Position numbers and translations under genes: made by a program | DNA from: Paraspadella gotoi | Taxonomy: Eukaryota > Animalia > Chaetognatha | Length of the DNA stretch: 64,000 nucleotides | Assembly: GCA_051294375.1 (NCBI GenBank) | Contig: CM119267.1 | Location: forward strand, 8,187,951 to 8,251,950 | Direction of reading: 5' to 3' | The notes under the pieces: generated by a model | What the model was told of the DNA's origin: nothing | The model's input: the letters and a program-made list of their open reading frames with translations, nothing else | Databases searched by the model: none | Shown: positions 1 to 11,439 of the stretch, in pieces | Layout: each line of letters starts with the position of its first letter | Numbering within the stretch: position 1 is the stretch's first letter

Positions 1-304
1 TATGAATACGGAGGTGAATGTAGCAAATTACTTTCGCGGGATCTTAAAAAAGCTTTTCTTACGGCAAAAATTTTCTTTGAGTTCTTTCAACTCCTATTTT
101 AGATTATGGCCAAATGTATAACGAAAATTGGGCATCGCGAGATGACGATTAAAGAATAGTCAATTTCGTACGGCCGTATCTGACTGAGATTAAGCGGATT
201 AAAAATGAAGCATATCTACACAGATGTACCATTTGTACATTTTGAAAAAAAAAAAGAAGAAAAATTGGTTAATTTACCCAGGACAAGTCTCTGCAAACTC
301 ACGG
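1..304. repeat. Near-identical duplicate of 905-1180 ending at a 10-N gap (likely assembly overlap)
   Basis: tatgaatacggaggtgaatgt...ctgcaaactcacgg occurs at both places; the first copy stops at the N-run at 305. Confidence 0.85.
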
Positions 305-2739
305 NNNNNNNNNNAGGAATCTGACAGTCTTTAAATTTTATAATCAGCAGCACCTATGGCGCCGGAGGTAGCACGAGCACATCCCAACCCAAAGGAATCG
401 GGTTCGCGACCTGCTGATTCACACAAGTAAAAGCGGGACGGGGCGTCCAACCCACCTGTAGTGACGGACTACAGCCCGATCTGAAGTTCGGGACCTTGTG
501 TGCAACGGACTTTGAACTGCTCGCGGCATCGTCTTCCACATTGGAGAGCCCACACGAACACGCTGGCACGTTAATACACCTCTGCCCGGGCATGTCAACA
601 CACCTCTGCCCTCGACCATCGTGAGTGAAGACGGGAGCAGGAATAGGCAGCCCCTCCTAGAGTGATCGCGCACAACGCGTGCATCATTGCCATCACAAAA
701 TTCAATTCAGCCTCTGAATTTTATTGCATCCGAAGAAGTTTTAACGAGGGAATCGAACGACGATCCTAGTTTCTCCCAAATCGCGTGGTTTTTCATTTGT
801 CGCGTTTCGCGTCGTCGGTTTTGTGGAATCAAAAACTCTCTTCATCGTCGCGTCGCGCAAAAGCTCCAATACTACGTACAATACGTACAATACGTACAAT
901 ACAATATGAATACGGAGGTGAATGTAAAAAAGCTTTTCTTACGGCAAAATTTTCTTTGAGTTCTTTCAACTCCTATTTTAGATTATGGCCAAATGTATAA
1001 CGAAAATTGGGCATCGCGAGATGACGATAAAGAATAGTCAATTTCGTACGGCCGTATCTGACTGAGATTAAGCGATTAAAAATGAAGGATGTCACACAGA
1101 TGTACCATTTGTACATTTTGAAAAAAAAAAAGAAGAAAAATTGGTTAATTTACCCAGGACAAGTCTCTGCAAACTCACGGTCGTCGTAAACAATGTTTCC
1201 GTCCTCCTTCCATTATTTCTCTCCTTTTATTTCCATTTCACATTTCGCCTCCACTTCGTTAGAGGTTGTTTTCTCCAGACTTCCTCCACTCCTTTCCTTT
1301 TTCATTCCCTCTTTGCTTTCCTTCTTCAATTTCCCCCCCTTTTCTTTTCCTTCTCTCCTTTTCTTCTTTTATTCTTTCTTATTGCTTTCTTCCTTATATT
1401 TCCTTGTTTTGCTTTTCTCTTCCTCATTTTCATTATTTCCCCTTTTCTTTCTTCATTATATTTTTTCCTCTCCCTTTCTTCATTTGCTTTCCTTCATTTC
1501 CTCGATTTGATTCTTTCCTTCACCCTCTTTTTTCCCACCATCTTCTTTTTTTTCCCCTCCTTTTCGTCTTCTTTCTTTCCTCCCTTTTGATTCCTTCGTT
1601 CGTTTATCCCTCTTCATAGTAGAGTCTCTCTCCTTTTTCTCCTTCCGCTTCTGCAATCTCCATCGTTCAGGTTTTTCTCGTTTTGATTTATGAGATAGAA
1701 AAACAGCGGCGACAGTCTCTCTCTCTCTCTCTCTCTCTTCTTTCTCATCTGCTCGTCGTCGGTCAGTCTCTCTTCTCTTTTTTTCGTCTCTTTGCTAGGT
1801 ATCTCATATACTTTTATACTTTCAAATCGGCTACAGACGCAAATTCTATTAAGCTTATTATATTGAGCTTAGCCCTTCATCGCTTCCGTTCTTCTTTCCT
1901 TCTTTCCTTTTTTTTCCTCCTTTTTTTTCCCCACTCAGTTTTCCTCCAGATTTTTCGCCCCGAGTATTTTTTCATTGTGTCGCGTCGTCCGATTGTATTA
2001 TTTTCTCCCAGGGGGGAAATTTTTTTTCTTTTATCATTTTTTTTTATTGGCTGTTATTCTCGCTTCCTCTTTTTATTTCTTTTTGCGACGTGAGGCGTTT
2101 GTCTCCTCGTGAATTTTTAATCATTTTTATTTAGAAACCGCAATTTTAATGCGAATCTCTTGTACGATAAAAGGCATCACATTAATAGAGAAGAAAAAAG
2201 AGATTATACCATAGAAAACCGCATCTAATCACAAAACAAAACACAGGTTAACATTTTGAAAAGGGTATACTAAAAAATCATAATTTACCGGCGTACAATG
2301 TCAATGTACGTTTGAATATAAAGTTGTTTGTTTTACGTAGACCCTACGTTCTCATTCATCTTTAAAATTATTTCCTGTTTAAAATTGTCTTCCTGTATTC
2401 AAATTCCAAGAATACTTTTAAATTTCCTGACAGAGATGAAGAGCGGCTTTTAAAACTTTTTCCAAAATGGCCGCCGACGGTCGGCCGTGAGACTAATAAC
2501 AATAACCAAAAAAAAAAAAAGCGCTCGAAGAAAAAAAGTGAAACAAAAGACACGAACGAAAAGGAAAAGAAAAACAAACTCGTTGTTCCTCTTTGGGTTT
2601 TCGATCGGCGATCGATCATGTGGCGACGACGCGGGCGGCGATCGCTTCCGCCGCCGATGCACCCCGTCTCTCTCCGCGTTACCCTCTCTCTTCCCATCTC
2701 CCTCCGCTGCCTCCCCGCCTTCTTCCTCGTCTTCTTCAG

Positions 2740-2837
2740 CGTCACCGCACAAACTTGCTTCATTGAGAAACTGACCGACACGGACGAATGCCTCGTCAAC
2801 AAGGCCGGCTGTTCCCACGTTTGCAAGAACACTATTG
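2740..2837 (+). CDS. tld: BMP1/Tolloid-like metalloprotease, exon with start of calcium-binding EGF domain
   Basis: Encodes DTDECLVNKAGCSHVCKNTIG; phase-1 donor G|gtgagt at 2838. The 5' acceptor (ttcttcag at 2739) is uncertain. Confidence 0.8.
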
Positions 2838-2995
2838 GTGAGTCAAAGTGGGCAAAGTCGTTCTAGGTAATCTATTTGTTTTACAGAATTAGTCTTTTCT
2901 TTCTCTTTCGTCGCGTTTTGAGATTTAGAAATTTATTTATATATATATATATATAAAAGTCGGCAACGATAATGGAATTTTATCTTTCACAAAAT

Positions 2996-3040
2996 TGGGA
3001 CATGTTTCGACTTTGGTTTCAAGTCTTCATCAGCGCAGAT
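2996..3040 (-). ncRNA. Minimal type-I hammerhead ribozyme core (PLE type) in tolloid intron
   Basis: Reverse complement reads CTGATGA-A-GACTT-gaaacca-AAGTC-GAAAC-ATGTC: conserved core, 5-bp stem II, palindromic ACATGT stem III, GUC cleavage triplet; stem I weak. Confidence 0.7.
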
Positions 3041-3177
3041 TCATTTTACTAACCAAATTACGCTCATCGTTAGGAAAAGGATAGGAAAATGAAATTAACA
3101 TTTCGTTAATGTTATTTAGTCATTTTTAAGCAGTCAAGGAATCAAGCCCCGCTCAATGTCGCCATTTTGATCAACAG

Positions 3178-3361
3178 GTTCGTACGAGTGCCTTTGCGAG
3201 AAAGGCTACACTCTCGGGGAAGACGGACACACCTGCAAAGAGGGCGGATGTCAGTTTGAGATCACCAACTCGTCCGGTCTCATCTGCTCGCCGAATTTCC
3301 CCGACATGTATCCTGGGAAGAAAGATTGCACCTGGCACTTCACCTCTACGCCCGGGCACAG
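3178..3361 (+). CDS. tld: BMP1/Tolloid-like exon: end of EGF and start of CUB domain
   Basis: aacag|GT TCG TAC GAG TGC: SYECLCEKGYTLGEDGHTCKEGGCQFEITNSSGLICSPNFPDMYPGKKDCTWHFTSTPGHR; phase 1 to 2; not in the ORF track. Confidence 0.93.
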
Positions 3362-3933
3362 GTGGATGAAAGGGAGAGGAAGAGTTCAAGAGCAAAAGAG
3401 AGAGGAGAGGAATAAAAATTCGGAATCGTAAAACAAAAGGGAAAATAAAAAAATAAATATCCGGCTTTGTTTTATAAGAATCCTACTCAGTGGAATCAGT
3501 AAAAATTTAAAAATTTTTCCTTTTTTTTAAAGTTTTTATTCTCTTTTCTTCCTCGTTTTCTGATTTTTCTCTCTTTTCGAACTTTTGAAAATATTTTTTT
3601 TAACTATTCAGTTTTCTATTTATAGGTTACCTTATCCGCTTTTTCGTTATGTACAAGTTCCGTTTTCCAGTTCATCCTTTTGCTCCGCCCATTTTGTTCT
3701 TAGCTTTAAATCGCGATTTTTTTTATCCCACTATTTCATCTTCGGTCTCATAAATGAAAATGTTGGCTTCCACCATCACTTTTTCGCTTTTTACTTCCGT
3801 TTCTGCTTCTTTCTGTTTCTTCCTCTCTCTCTCTTTCATATAAAACTGTTGTTTGTAAAGCTTTGGAATGTAAAATTCTTCGATCTAGTGATACAATACG
3901 TATAGATCTTCTTCCATCCTCTTTCCACCGCAG

Positions 3934-4141
3934 AATCAAGCTGACCTTCGTCCAATTCGAGATGGAGCAGAACCAGGAGTGCGCCTACGATCACGTTGAA
4001 CTCTACGACGGCGACAGCGCCGACTCTGGGGTCCTGGGTCGGTTTTGCGGGACCGAGGTGCCCGAACCAATCGCCGCCTCCGCCAACAAACTCTTTATGC
4101 GGTTCTATTCGGACGCTTCGGTGCAGCGAACGGGATTTCAG
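3934..4141 (+). CDS. tld: BMP1/Tolloid-like exon: CUB domain (penultimate)
   Basis: IKLTFVQFEMEQNQECAYDHVELYDG...GRFCG...FYSDASVQRTGFQ; ccgcag| acceptor, CAG|gt donor; phases fit both neighbours. Confidence 0.95.
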
Positions 4142-4530
4142 GTCGACGGGAGGTTTCGGGGGGGTTGGAGCTTGGAGTTGGAACTGAAAGTAGGCATAGG
4201 CGTAGCCTGTCTCATGATTGATTGTATGACTTCAATATTAGGTTTGTTAATTAAATACTAAAGTTGAAAATAGTCTCAATTACGTAAATCTGGATCACCT
4301 CTCCTCAGCATTATATTATATTATATTATATTATATTATATTGCTGTTATTTCTGTATTTGTTAACGACTGAGAAATGAATTTAATGAAAACTCAACTGC
4401 CAAAATGAAAATTAAAACCGCTCTCTCTATCTCTTGCTTCTCTCTCTGTCCGTCTTCTAATAATCACGGATCAGTATCGTTCTGTAAACGACGAATCTTA
4501 CGAAACGAATCCATCCGTCTCCCTCTTCAG

Positions 4531-4743
4531 GCCAAATACACGACCGTTTGCGGCGGCGTCCTCCAAGCGACGAGCGATCCTCAGCAACTCTTCTCACACG
4601 CCACCTACGGCGACGGCAAATACAACAACAAAGAGAACTGCGACTGGACGATCCGATCGAGCGACCCGGAGTTCGGAGTCCGACTGCAGTTCGTCAGCTT
4701 CGAAGTCGAGGCCGAAGTTGACTGCGGATACGATTACGTTGAG
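4531..4743 (+). CDS. tld: BMP1/Tolloid-like exon: last CUB domain, first half
   Basis: AKYTTVCGGVLQA...LFSHATYGDGKYNNKENCDWTI...FEVEAEVDCGYDYVE, typical of Tolloid CUB5; cttcag| acceptor; phase 0-0. Confidence 0.95.
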
Positions 4744-4929
4744 GTGCTTGTGGGCGATTGTGGACGATTGTGGACGATTGTGGGCTATCGTGGGAAAGGA
4801 AAGGAATGGGACGTCTGAATTAACGATTGTCTTTTTTTTTCAAATGCTTAAAATCGATGCTCTTTTAGTGTAAGCCGATGTAAATGCAGCGGGTTAATAA
4901 ATTAATATGAAAACTTCTAGTACTAGTAC

Positions 4930-5183
4930 TGTGGCGGTATATTCACCCCGGCTCACATCCACCATCGTTCAGCCAATCCCATTGGCTCAGAGGGGAAACG
5001 CACCATCCCAGGCGTTGTGTTCCATCCACAGACCTAAAGACTTCCCTCTACGTTGGCAAAGCGAGACCGTCCTAGGGTAACCCCCCCCAGTGACAGGAGG
5101 CGACACTGAGGGTCGGTAGCCCTAAGCCAACAGTGAGATGCCCCGTTCCAATGGGCGTCACAATCAAACCGGCTGTTGCCATA
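4930..5183. mobile_element. Solo-LTR-like (or MITE) insertion in tolloid intron
   Basis: GC-richer 254-bp block with termini TGTGGC...GCCATA and a 4-bp direct repeat GTAC on both sides (4926-4929, 5184-5187). Confidence 0.55.
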
Positions 5184-5326
5184 GTACACGTATTTTTACA
5201 AAATTATCTGTCGCTGTTTCTTGTATCATTTTTATTTGATCGGCTCCTCTTTGTTAAAAACAAATCTCATATCGCTTTCCCGTTCAATTTCCCCCCACGG
5301 TTAAACCTTCAATTCTTCATCCTCAG

Positions 5327-5472
5327 GTGTACGACGGTGCGGACGACACGGCCCAACTCTTCGGCAGATTTTGTGACAACAAACGTCCGAACGAAATCAC
5401 GTCGAGAAACGACGCCCTCTTCGTGAGATTCAGATCGGACGACACCATCAACTGGGCCGGATTCAAAGCAGC
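5327..5472 (+). CDS. tld: BMP1/Tolloid-like exon: last CUB domain, second half
   Basis: cctcag|VYDGADDTAQLFGRFCDNKRPNEITSRNDALFVRFRSDDTINWAGFKAA; ends at a GC|gtgagt donor or at in-frame TGA 5474-5476. Confidence 0.92.
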
Positions 5473-6252
5473 GTGAGTTGTGGTAGGGGAGGGGATGTGG
5501 ATGAAATGATCTGCTAGTGGCTTACGCAATACGCGTAACAACTGATGAGAGGAGGAAGAGGAGGATGAATGCGTGGCTGACGAGACACGAGACTCGCGCT
5601 CGGGCTGGTTTGGTCGTTGGTTTTTTATTTTGATTACAAAATTGACTATACTAATTGGGTATGTTCTACGTAATATAGGTTATAAAAAATGTAATGAGGT
5701 TGAGTATTAATTTTAAGTAATTTTTAATTAAAAGAATTCAAATTGAAGCTCCTACTTCAATTGAACAGATACATAAACACTTCCCCGGCCTCTAGCGGCG
5801 CAATAAACAACTTGGCGTCGATCTTTAACTCAACAACACTTCGCGATCCGACTCGTCCCTTCTCACCCGGTCAAAGGTGAGACTCACAGACTCGCAGTAG
5901 AGATTCCGAGTGAACCTTTTTGCGGAATTCGCGTCTTGAGCGACGGCGCGCGTTGAAACCTCATCGAAATTCTGACGAGGGTTTCGCTGTGCCCCCTTTT
6001 TTCTCGCGCAGAGTCGGCAGTACTCGCATTCATATTTTTTGTTATGAAAAAAGTTATAGCGGAAAAACAAAAAGGAAAAATAAAAAAATATAAATAATAA
6101 AAAAATAAAAAGTTTCTCTGGTTTCCGAATGATTCGCAAGGTTCCTTTATTTCCCCTTATATTCCCTTTTTCTTTCTCGCTGATCTTTGCAAACCATCTC
6201 TCTCTCTCTCTCTCTCTCTCACTCTCTCTCTCCTCTCTCTCTCCTCTTCTCT

Positions 6253-6289
<37 letters not shown>

Positions 6290-8385
6290 TACCGAAGAAA
6301 TATAAAAAGAAATCCTTTTCTCTTTCTCCCTCTCGCCCGCCTTCCTTTCCCACACCCCCCGACGACCGCGACCACCCCCCTCCCTTCTGGCGGATCAGTC
6401 CCCGGAGCCTCAGGTGCGCGAGGCAAAGGTAATTGGAGTTTGGCGTCGGCGGCGGCGGCGGCCGGATCGAAGGAGGCGGCGGCGGAGCGGGAGAGGGAGC
6501 GGGCGCGAGCGTCCGCCGACAAGAAGCACCGCATTCGAATAACGCAGGGAGGCCTGACCCCCGGAGGCCCCAAGGACAAAAACTTGCGGAAACAAACAAA
6601 TGATGTCGAAAAATTTGCGGAGCGAACGGAACGAAATGGGTTGTGATGGAGTCGACGGGGTTTGGCTCCGGAAGGGAGAGTGGAGAAGATCTGAGGTCGG
6701 GCATGGAGGTTGTCGACGGAGAATGTGGTAAATGAAAATTGCGAAAAAAAAGAGTTGAAACAACTGGGAACAACTGAGAAGCAACAAAATGTACATACTT
6801 GCGAAAATCGCAGTTAGAGGAAGAAAAACGGTCAGAGAAGAAAAAAAAAAGAAAGAAAAGCTGAGAGAGCTGACGACGAACGAAGGCAGGGCGGGAGGGG
6901 GGGGGAGAGAAAACCCAAATGGAGGGGAACAAGTTTTATTATTCGAGCGACTGTTTCTTCTCGTGGAAACGAAAGAGGAAAATGGCCGCGCCCAAATGCG
7001 TGGAGATATTGCAAAAAGTTCGTGCGCTTTATGCAGCGCTAAGTCTCAATAACTTTGCAAGTTTTAGTGATAACGTTTTCATCTTTTCTTAAATTCTAAT
7101 TAAGTTAATTTAAAAAGTTTAAAATAAAAATGATTGAAGGTGAACAATTTTCTTAAACAATTATTGATCAAACGAACTTTGGAACTAAATAAACTGTTAG
7201 CCGCCAGTTTTATCAGACACAACACGATAACAAGTTATAATGAGCCCACAGTCTTTCCTGTTCCAACAAATGAAACCAAAAAAAAAAAAATACTGGGAGT
7301 AATAAACATTTTTGTCTTTCAACCTAAAAGGCTTTTCTGTCATTTTGAGGAATGCCTACGTATTGCCAAGTCTTTCATTTTTAATTTTATTTACATTTAT
7401 TCGATTTAGAAATAGAAGTGATGGTTTTTGTTTTCGGTTTTGCCAAACTTTAATTCCTATTTAATTAAAAAAAGTATTTAAAAAAAAATCATGCTGAGAT
7501 TTCATTAATTTCGACGATTTATATGAATTTTCTTCATTGTTACTGCTCTTATTAATTTGTTTTTCTTTTAAAATTTATACAAAAATTACAATTATACAGG
7601 AATAACGTATGAGCCAGATTCAATTTTTTTATTTACGATATACGCATCAGGCAAGTGTCGTATTTAATTGGTATGAAAGGGCACATTTTTGGGAAGAAAT
7701 TGATGTTTAGAATGTTTTTAATTAAGTTTAACAGAAGAACCCATGAATAAAAAGAAAAAAAATAAAACACTTGTTTTTCGAACGTCACCGATTTTTAGTC
7801 CGCGCCCCAACGCCCCTTCCTTGTGATTCGTGAATTTAATTATACTTTCTTCAATTTTTTTATTTGTATGATATAAATTATGGCGACGAACATGACATGC
7901 TTCCGTGAAACGATGAACTCTTACTTAGGAGGGGTCTAAGTAAACCAAATAGTCTTTCATCGATTATTATCTTATAACTTTACATTGTAATTTTTTTCGA
8001 TTGTACAAAGTTGGTTGTACCTTATGAAATTGTTTATTGTTCTTTCATAGTGAACCTTCAAGTTGGATTGTAATCAATATCGAACCATTTTGCCTAGTAC
8101 CCATTTCTTGTATATCTATATATTTGTTATAAACAACAGTGCAATATTTTGTTTCCAAAACAAGACCAATTTTTATGCGTTCCTTTAGAGATAATAGGAT
8201 TAGCCGAACATCTAAAAAAAATATTTCAGTCTTTGACGTGGTGTAGAGTTCCGAATAACTTAGCTATTAATCTGCTTTTTTATTCATTATTTAATTGCAA
8301 TGATAGTTAGTGGGATATAAAGTACTATGTAGATAAAAGATTTCCTTTTTTTTTTTTCCCTTTTGTTTTTCGCCGAAATCTGTTT

Positions 8386-8388
<3 letters not shown>

Positions 8389-8469
<81 letters not shown>
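8389..8469. repeat. (GA)n microsatellite; similar GA/CT tracts at ~6200-6285, 16709-16870, 21190-21270, 22135-22230, 30237-30325, 39663-39760, 40632-40735
   Basis: Directly visible dinucleotide tracts. Confidence 0.95.
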
Positions 8470-8475
<6 letters not shown>

Positions 8476-8555
8476 ATCGCCACTTTCCTTTTTCCTCTCG
8501 ACGCCTGCCCTTTTTCCGCCAGCACTTAGATGATCTGGTTCCCGGAAGCACCGTT

Positions 8556-8588
<33 letters not shown>

Positions 8589-9232
8589 CTTTAGTTGCAG
8601 TTGCGTAGAAGTGATTGGTTAACCGTTTCGGTGGACTTGTAACAAACTTCTAATTGTAAGCAAGTCTTCGAATTTATTGCCATTTTTTAAACTAGCCCCT
8701 CGTCCTCTGGTTATCATCCTCGTTGAGAAATTAGATTTGACTATCGCCCGCGGCCAAGAATCAAGATGGCGCGATTCCCAAAAGGAGAAAACGGAAAGAG
8801 GAAGTTAAAATCCTTTCTGTGGCGTCAAAGGCTAAGAGCAGCAAGAGCTGGAGACAGATTAGGAAGAATGGGGTGATATAAAAAAGAGAACCGCTGGAAA
8901 AAGAGGCAAACATAACAATAAACTTAAAATATTTTGCCATTTCCTCAAAGCTAGAATCAATCCTTAAAGTTTAATTCGTTTTTACAACCTGTTGGTAAAT
9001 TAAAAATTGCAAATTAAGAATCTAAGTCTAAAGTTGTATGTATTAAGCTGAAGAATGCCTTATTCAAAATTCATGTATCTTTTGCCCTTTTCTATTTCAA
9101 ATTACTAAGTATATATCAAACTCATAAACCTCCTTCGAGGAAATATTGTACTACTGGACTATTCGTAAACTTTTGAGAACGAAAAAGCCGAGATAAATTA
9201 TTGACGTCGTCGTAACGTAACATCCAGTGCGA

Positions 9233-10248
9233 AATTCGACTTACAATGACAAAACGAGATCCGGGATATTTTTGTCTCGCGTTTATCTCTTTTCAGGTTT
9301 GCCCGAACCGCGCCCCTGATTGGCCCCTAATTAGATTTGGAGGGGAGGAAGAGAGCGACGCCGATCGAGGTCAATTTTTAGAGAGGCGGAGGAGAAAGGA
9401 GGAAAGAAGGAAAGAAAAAGGAAAGAAATTGAAAATAGTTTGAAAGAAAAAAAAATGTGAGGAAATTTCGAGGAGGAGAATAAAACGCCTTAGGAAGTAA
9501 AGAAGGATTTTTTTTTAATTTCAAAAGTGGTGAAAAATAAAGTAGGAAGCAAAAAGGGGAAGTGGAAAAAAAAACACAGAGGGAGAAAGAAGTGACAAGA
9601 GGAGGAAAAGATGGGAGGAGAAGAAAAAGCAAAAAAAAAAGTTGAGGAAGGTTGAAGAGTCCCGGGAGAACGCGAAAAAAAGGAAGGCGGGAAAAAGCCG
9701 TTGGATGACGAAAAGAATGCGGAATCGCAGNNNNNNNNNNNNNNNNNNNNNNNNNAATTCGACTTACAATGACAAAACGAGATCCGGGATATTTTTGTCT
9801 CGCGTTTATCTCTTTTCAGGTTTGCCCGAACCGCGCCCCTGATTGGCCCTAATTAGATTTGGAGGGGAGGAAGAGAGCGACGCCGATCGAGGTCAATTTT
9901 TAGAGAGGCGGAGGAGAAAGGAGGAAAGAAGGAAAGAAAAAGGAAAGAAATTGAAAATAGTTTGAAAGAAAAAAAAATGTGAGGAAATTTCGGGAGGAGA
10001 ATAAAACGCCTTAGAAGTAAAAGAAGGATTTTTTTTTAATTTCAAAAGTGGTGAAAATAAGTAGGAAGCAAAAAGGGGAAGTGGAAAAAAAAAAAACAGA
10101 GAGGGAGAAAGAAGTGACAAGAGGAGGAAAGATGGGAGGAGAAGAAAAGCAAAAAAAAAAAATTTGAGGAAGGTTGAGAGTCCCGGAGAACCCGGCGAAA
10201 AGGAAAGCGGGAAAAAGCCGTTGGATGACGAAAAGAATGCGAATCGCA
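9233..10248. repeat. ~500-bp direct duplication (9233-9730 / 9756-10248) across a 25-N gap
   Basis: Copies differ mainly by homopolymer indels and meet exactly at the gap. Confidence 0.85.
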
Positions 10249-10873
10249 AAGAATCGAAGATCTTTAGCTTTAACTTGTGAGGTGAAGTGAAAAACGTTTA
10301 GCCACTCAGAGTAACACAGAACGCATTAGGCGTTTCGTACAATTAGTGAAAAAAAACTCTGAAAATATTGTTTAATGCTTGTCGAGTAAATTGATTTAAT
10401 AAATTATGAGAATCTGATTTAGTAGTATCGTCTTGAATACGATAATTGTGTAATCAGTCAAAAAACACAAGTCACCAAACCAGAAAAATATTATGTTAAT
10501 TGAAGCAAACATAAAGAGAAACAAACGACAATTCGTGTGACTTATGTTATGTTATGTTCTGTTCTCTCTCTTTCTTTTTAACATAATATTAATAAAGGGC
10601 ATTTATTCATAATAAAGAAGTCTCTATTATGTCCAAATGCCCTTTATTAAATTTATTTTATTTAATGTAAATTTTTTAGCATATTGGAAAAATGTACAAA
10701 AAAACCCAAAGGGTACTTCATAAACAGAATTAGGCAACCGCCAAGACACTAACTATTTTTTAACTAAGCAGTCATTATGTATTTTACTTTCCTTTCGTTG
10801 TGACAAATCATCTTCGAGGTATTAGGAAAAAACAGGTTTTTGTTTTGACAACGATTTATTTTGACACAATTTA

Positions 10874-10921
10874 GTCAGACAATGTTTGGCTCATTCATTT
10901 GAGCCTTCATCAGTGTTTGAC
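10874..10921 (-). ncRNA. Hammerhead ribozyme core in the left (inverted) pLTR
   Basis: Reverse complement: gtcaaaca-CTGATGAA-GGCTC-aaatgaat-GAGCC-AAAC-ATTGTC-tgac; the G of GAAA is missing (mutation or sequencing error). Confidence 0.6.
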
Positions 10922-10957
10922 AATCAATATTTTGTCTCTGTTGAAAGTAAGTTTTTT

Positions 10958-10988
<31 letters not shown>

Positions 10989-11439
10989 AATTGAGGGAAG
11001 AGTTTGCCAACAAAGAATAAGGTAAGGGACAGTGGTCAAATCTGAGACAGCTGAAGGTGAAGGAGAGGGAAGAAGGTAAAGTCTTTGAAAATGAATGAGA
11101 GTGGGAGAGAAGAGAGAGAGAGAGGAGAGCAAAGCAAAAATTTTTAAAACAATACATTTAGCAATGTACAAACAGAGATAAAATAGCTGAAATCTAAACA
11201 TAAACTGAAATTTAATGTTAACAATAGAAATTAATAAGTTAGTAGATAAGTGAAATTTGAAATAGATAATTAAGTGGTGAGGGAAAGATTAAGTGAAGAA
11301 AAGTGAAAGTAAGTAAAAGAAAGAGCTCAAAATGAGCTTACCGCATGCGCCCTTCGTGTCGCCCGTATTCCATTTTTAATGGAATGACAAATGGAATTGG
11401 GAGAATTCTCACTCCCTTGTCGGAAACCCACACCACCTC

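Noticed and set aside
1141-2093. Phe/Leu/Ser-rich ORFs resembling membrane proteins
   Set aside because: Translations of pyrimidine-rich intron sequence, open in several frames at once.
5060-5140. TAGGG ... GCCCTAAGC resembling a pistol ribozyme
   Set aside because: The conserved UAAAU linker and P1 stem are missing and the spacing is wrong.
5541-5600. CTGATGAG as a possible hammerhead start (also at ~19383 and ~54381)
   Set aside because: No stem II or GAAA box follows.
5825-6932. Overlapping ORFs of 68-237 aa around a GC-rich patch
   Set aside because: Driven by (GA)n and (GGC)n repeats with no recognisable domain; may be a promoter or 5' exon region but cannot be supported.
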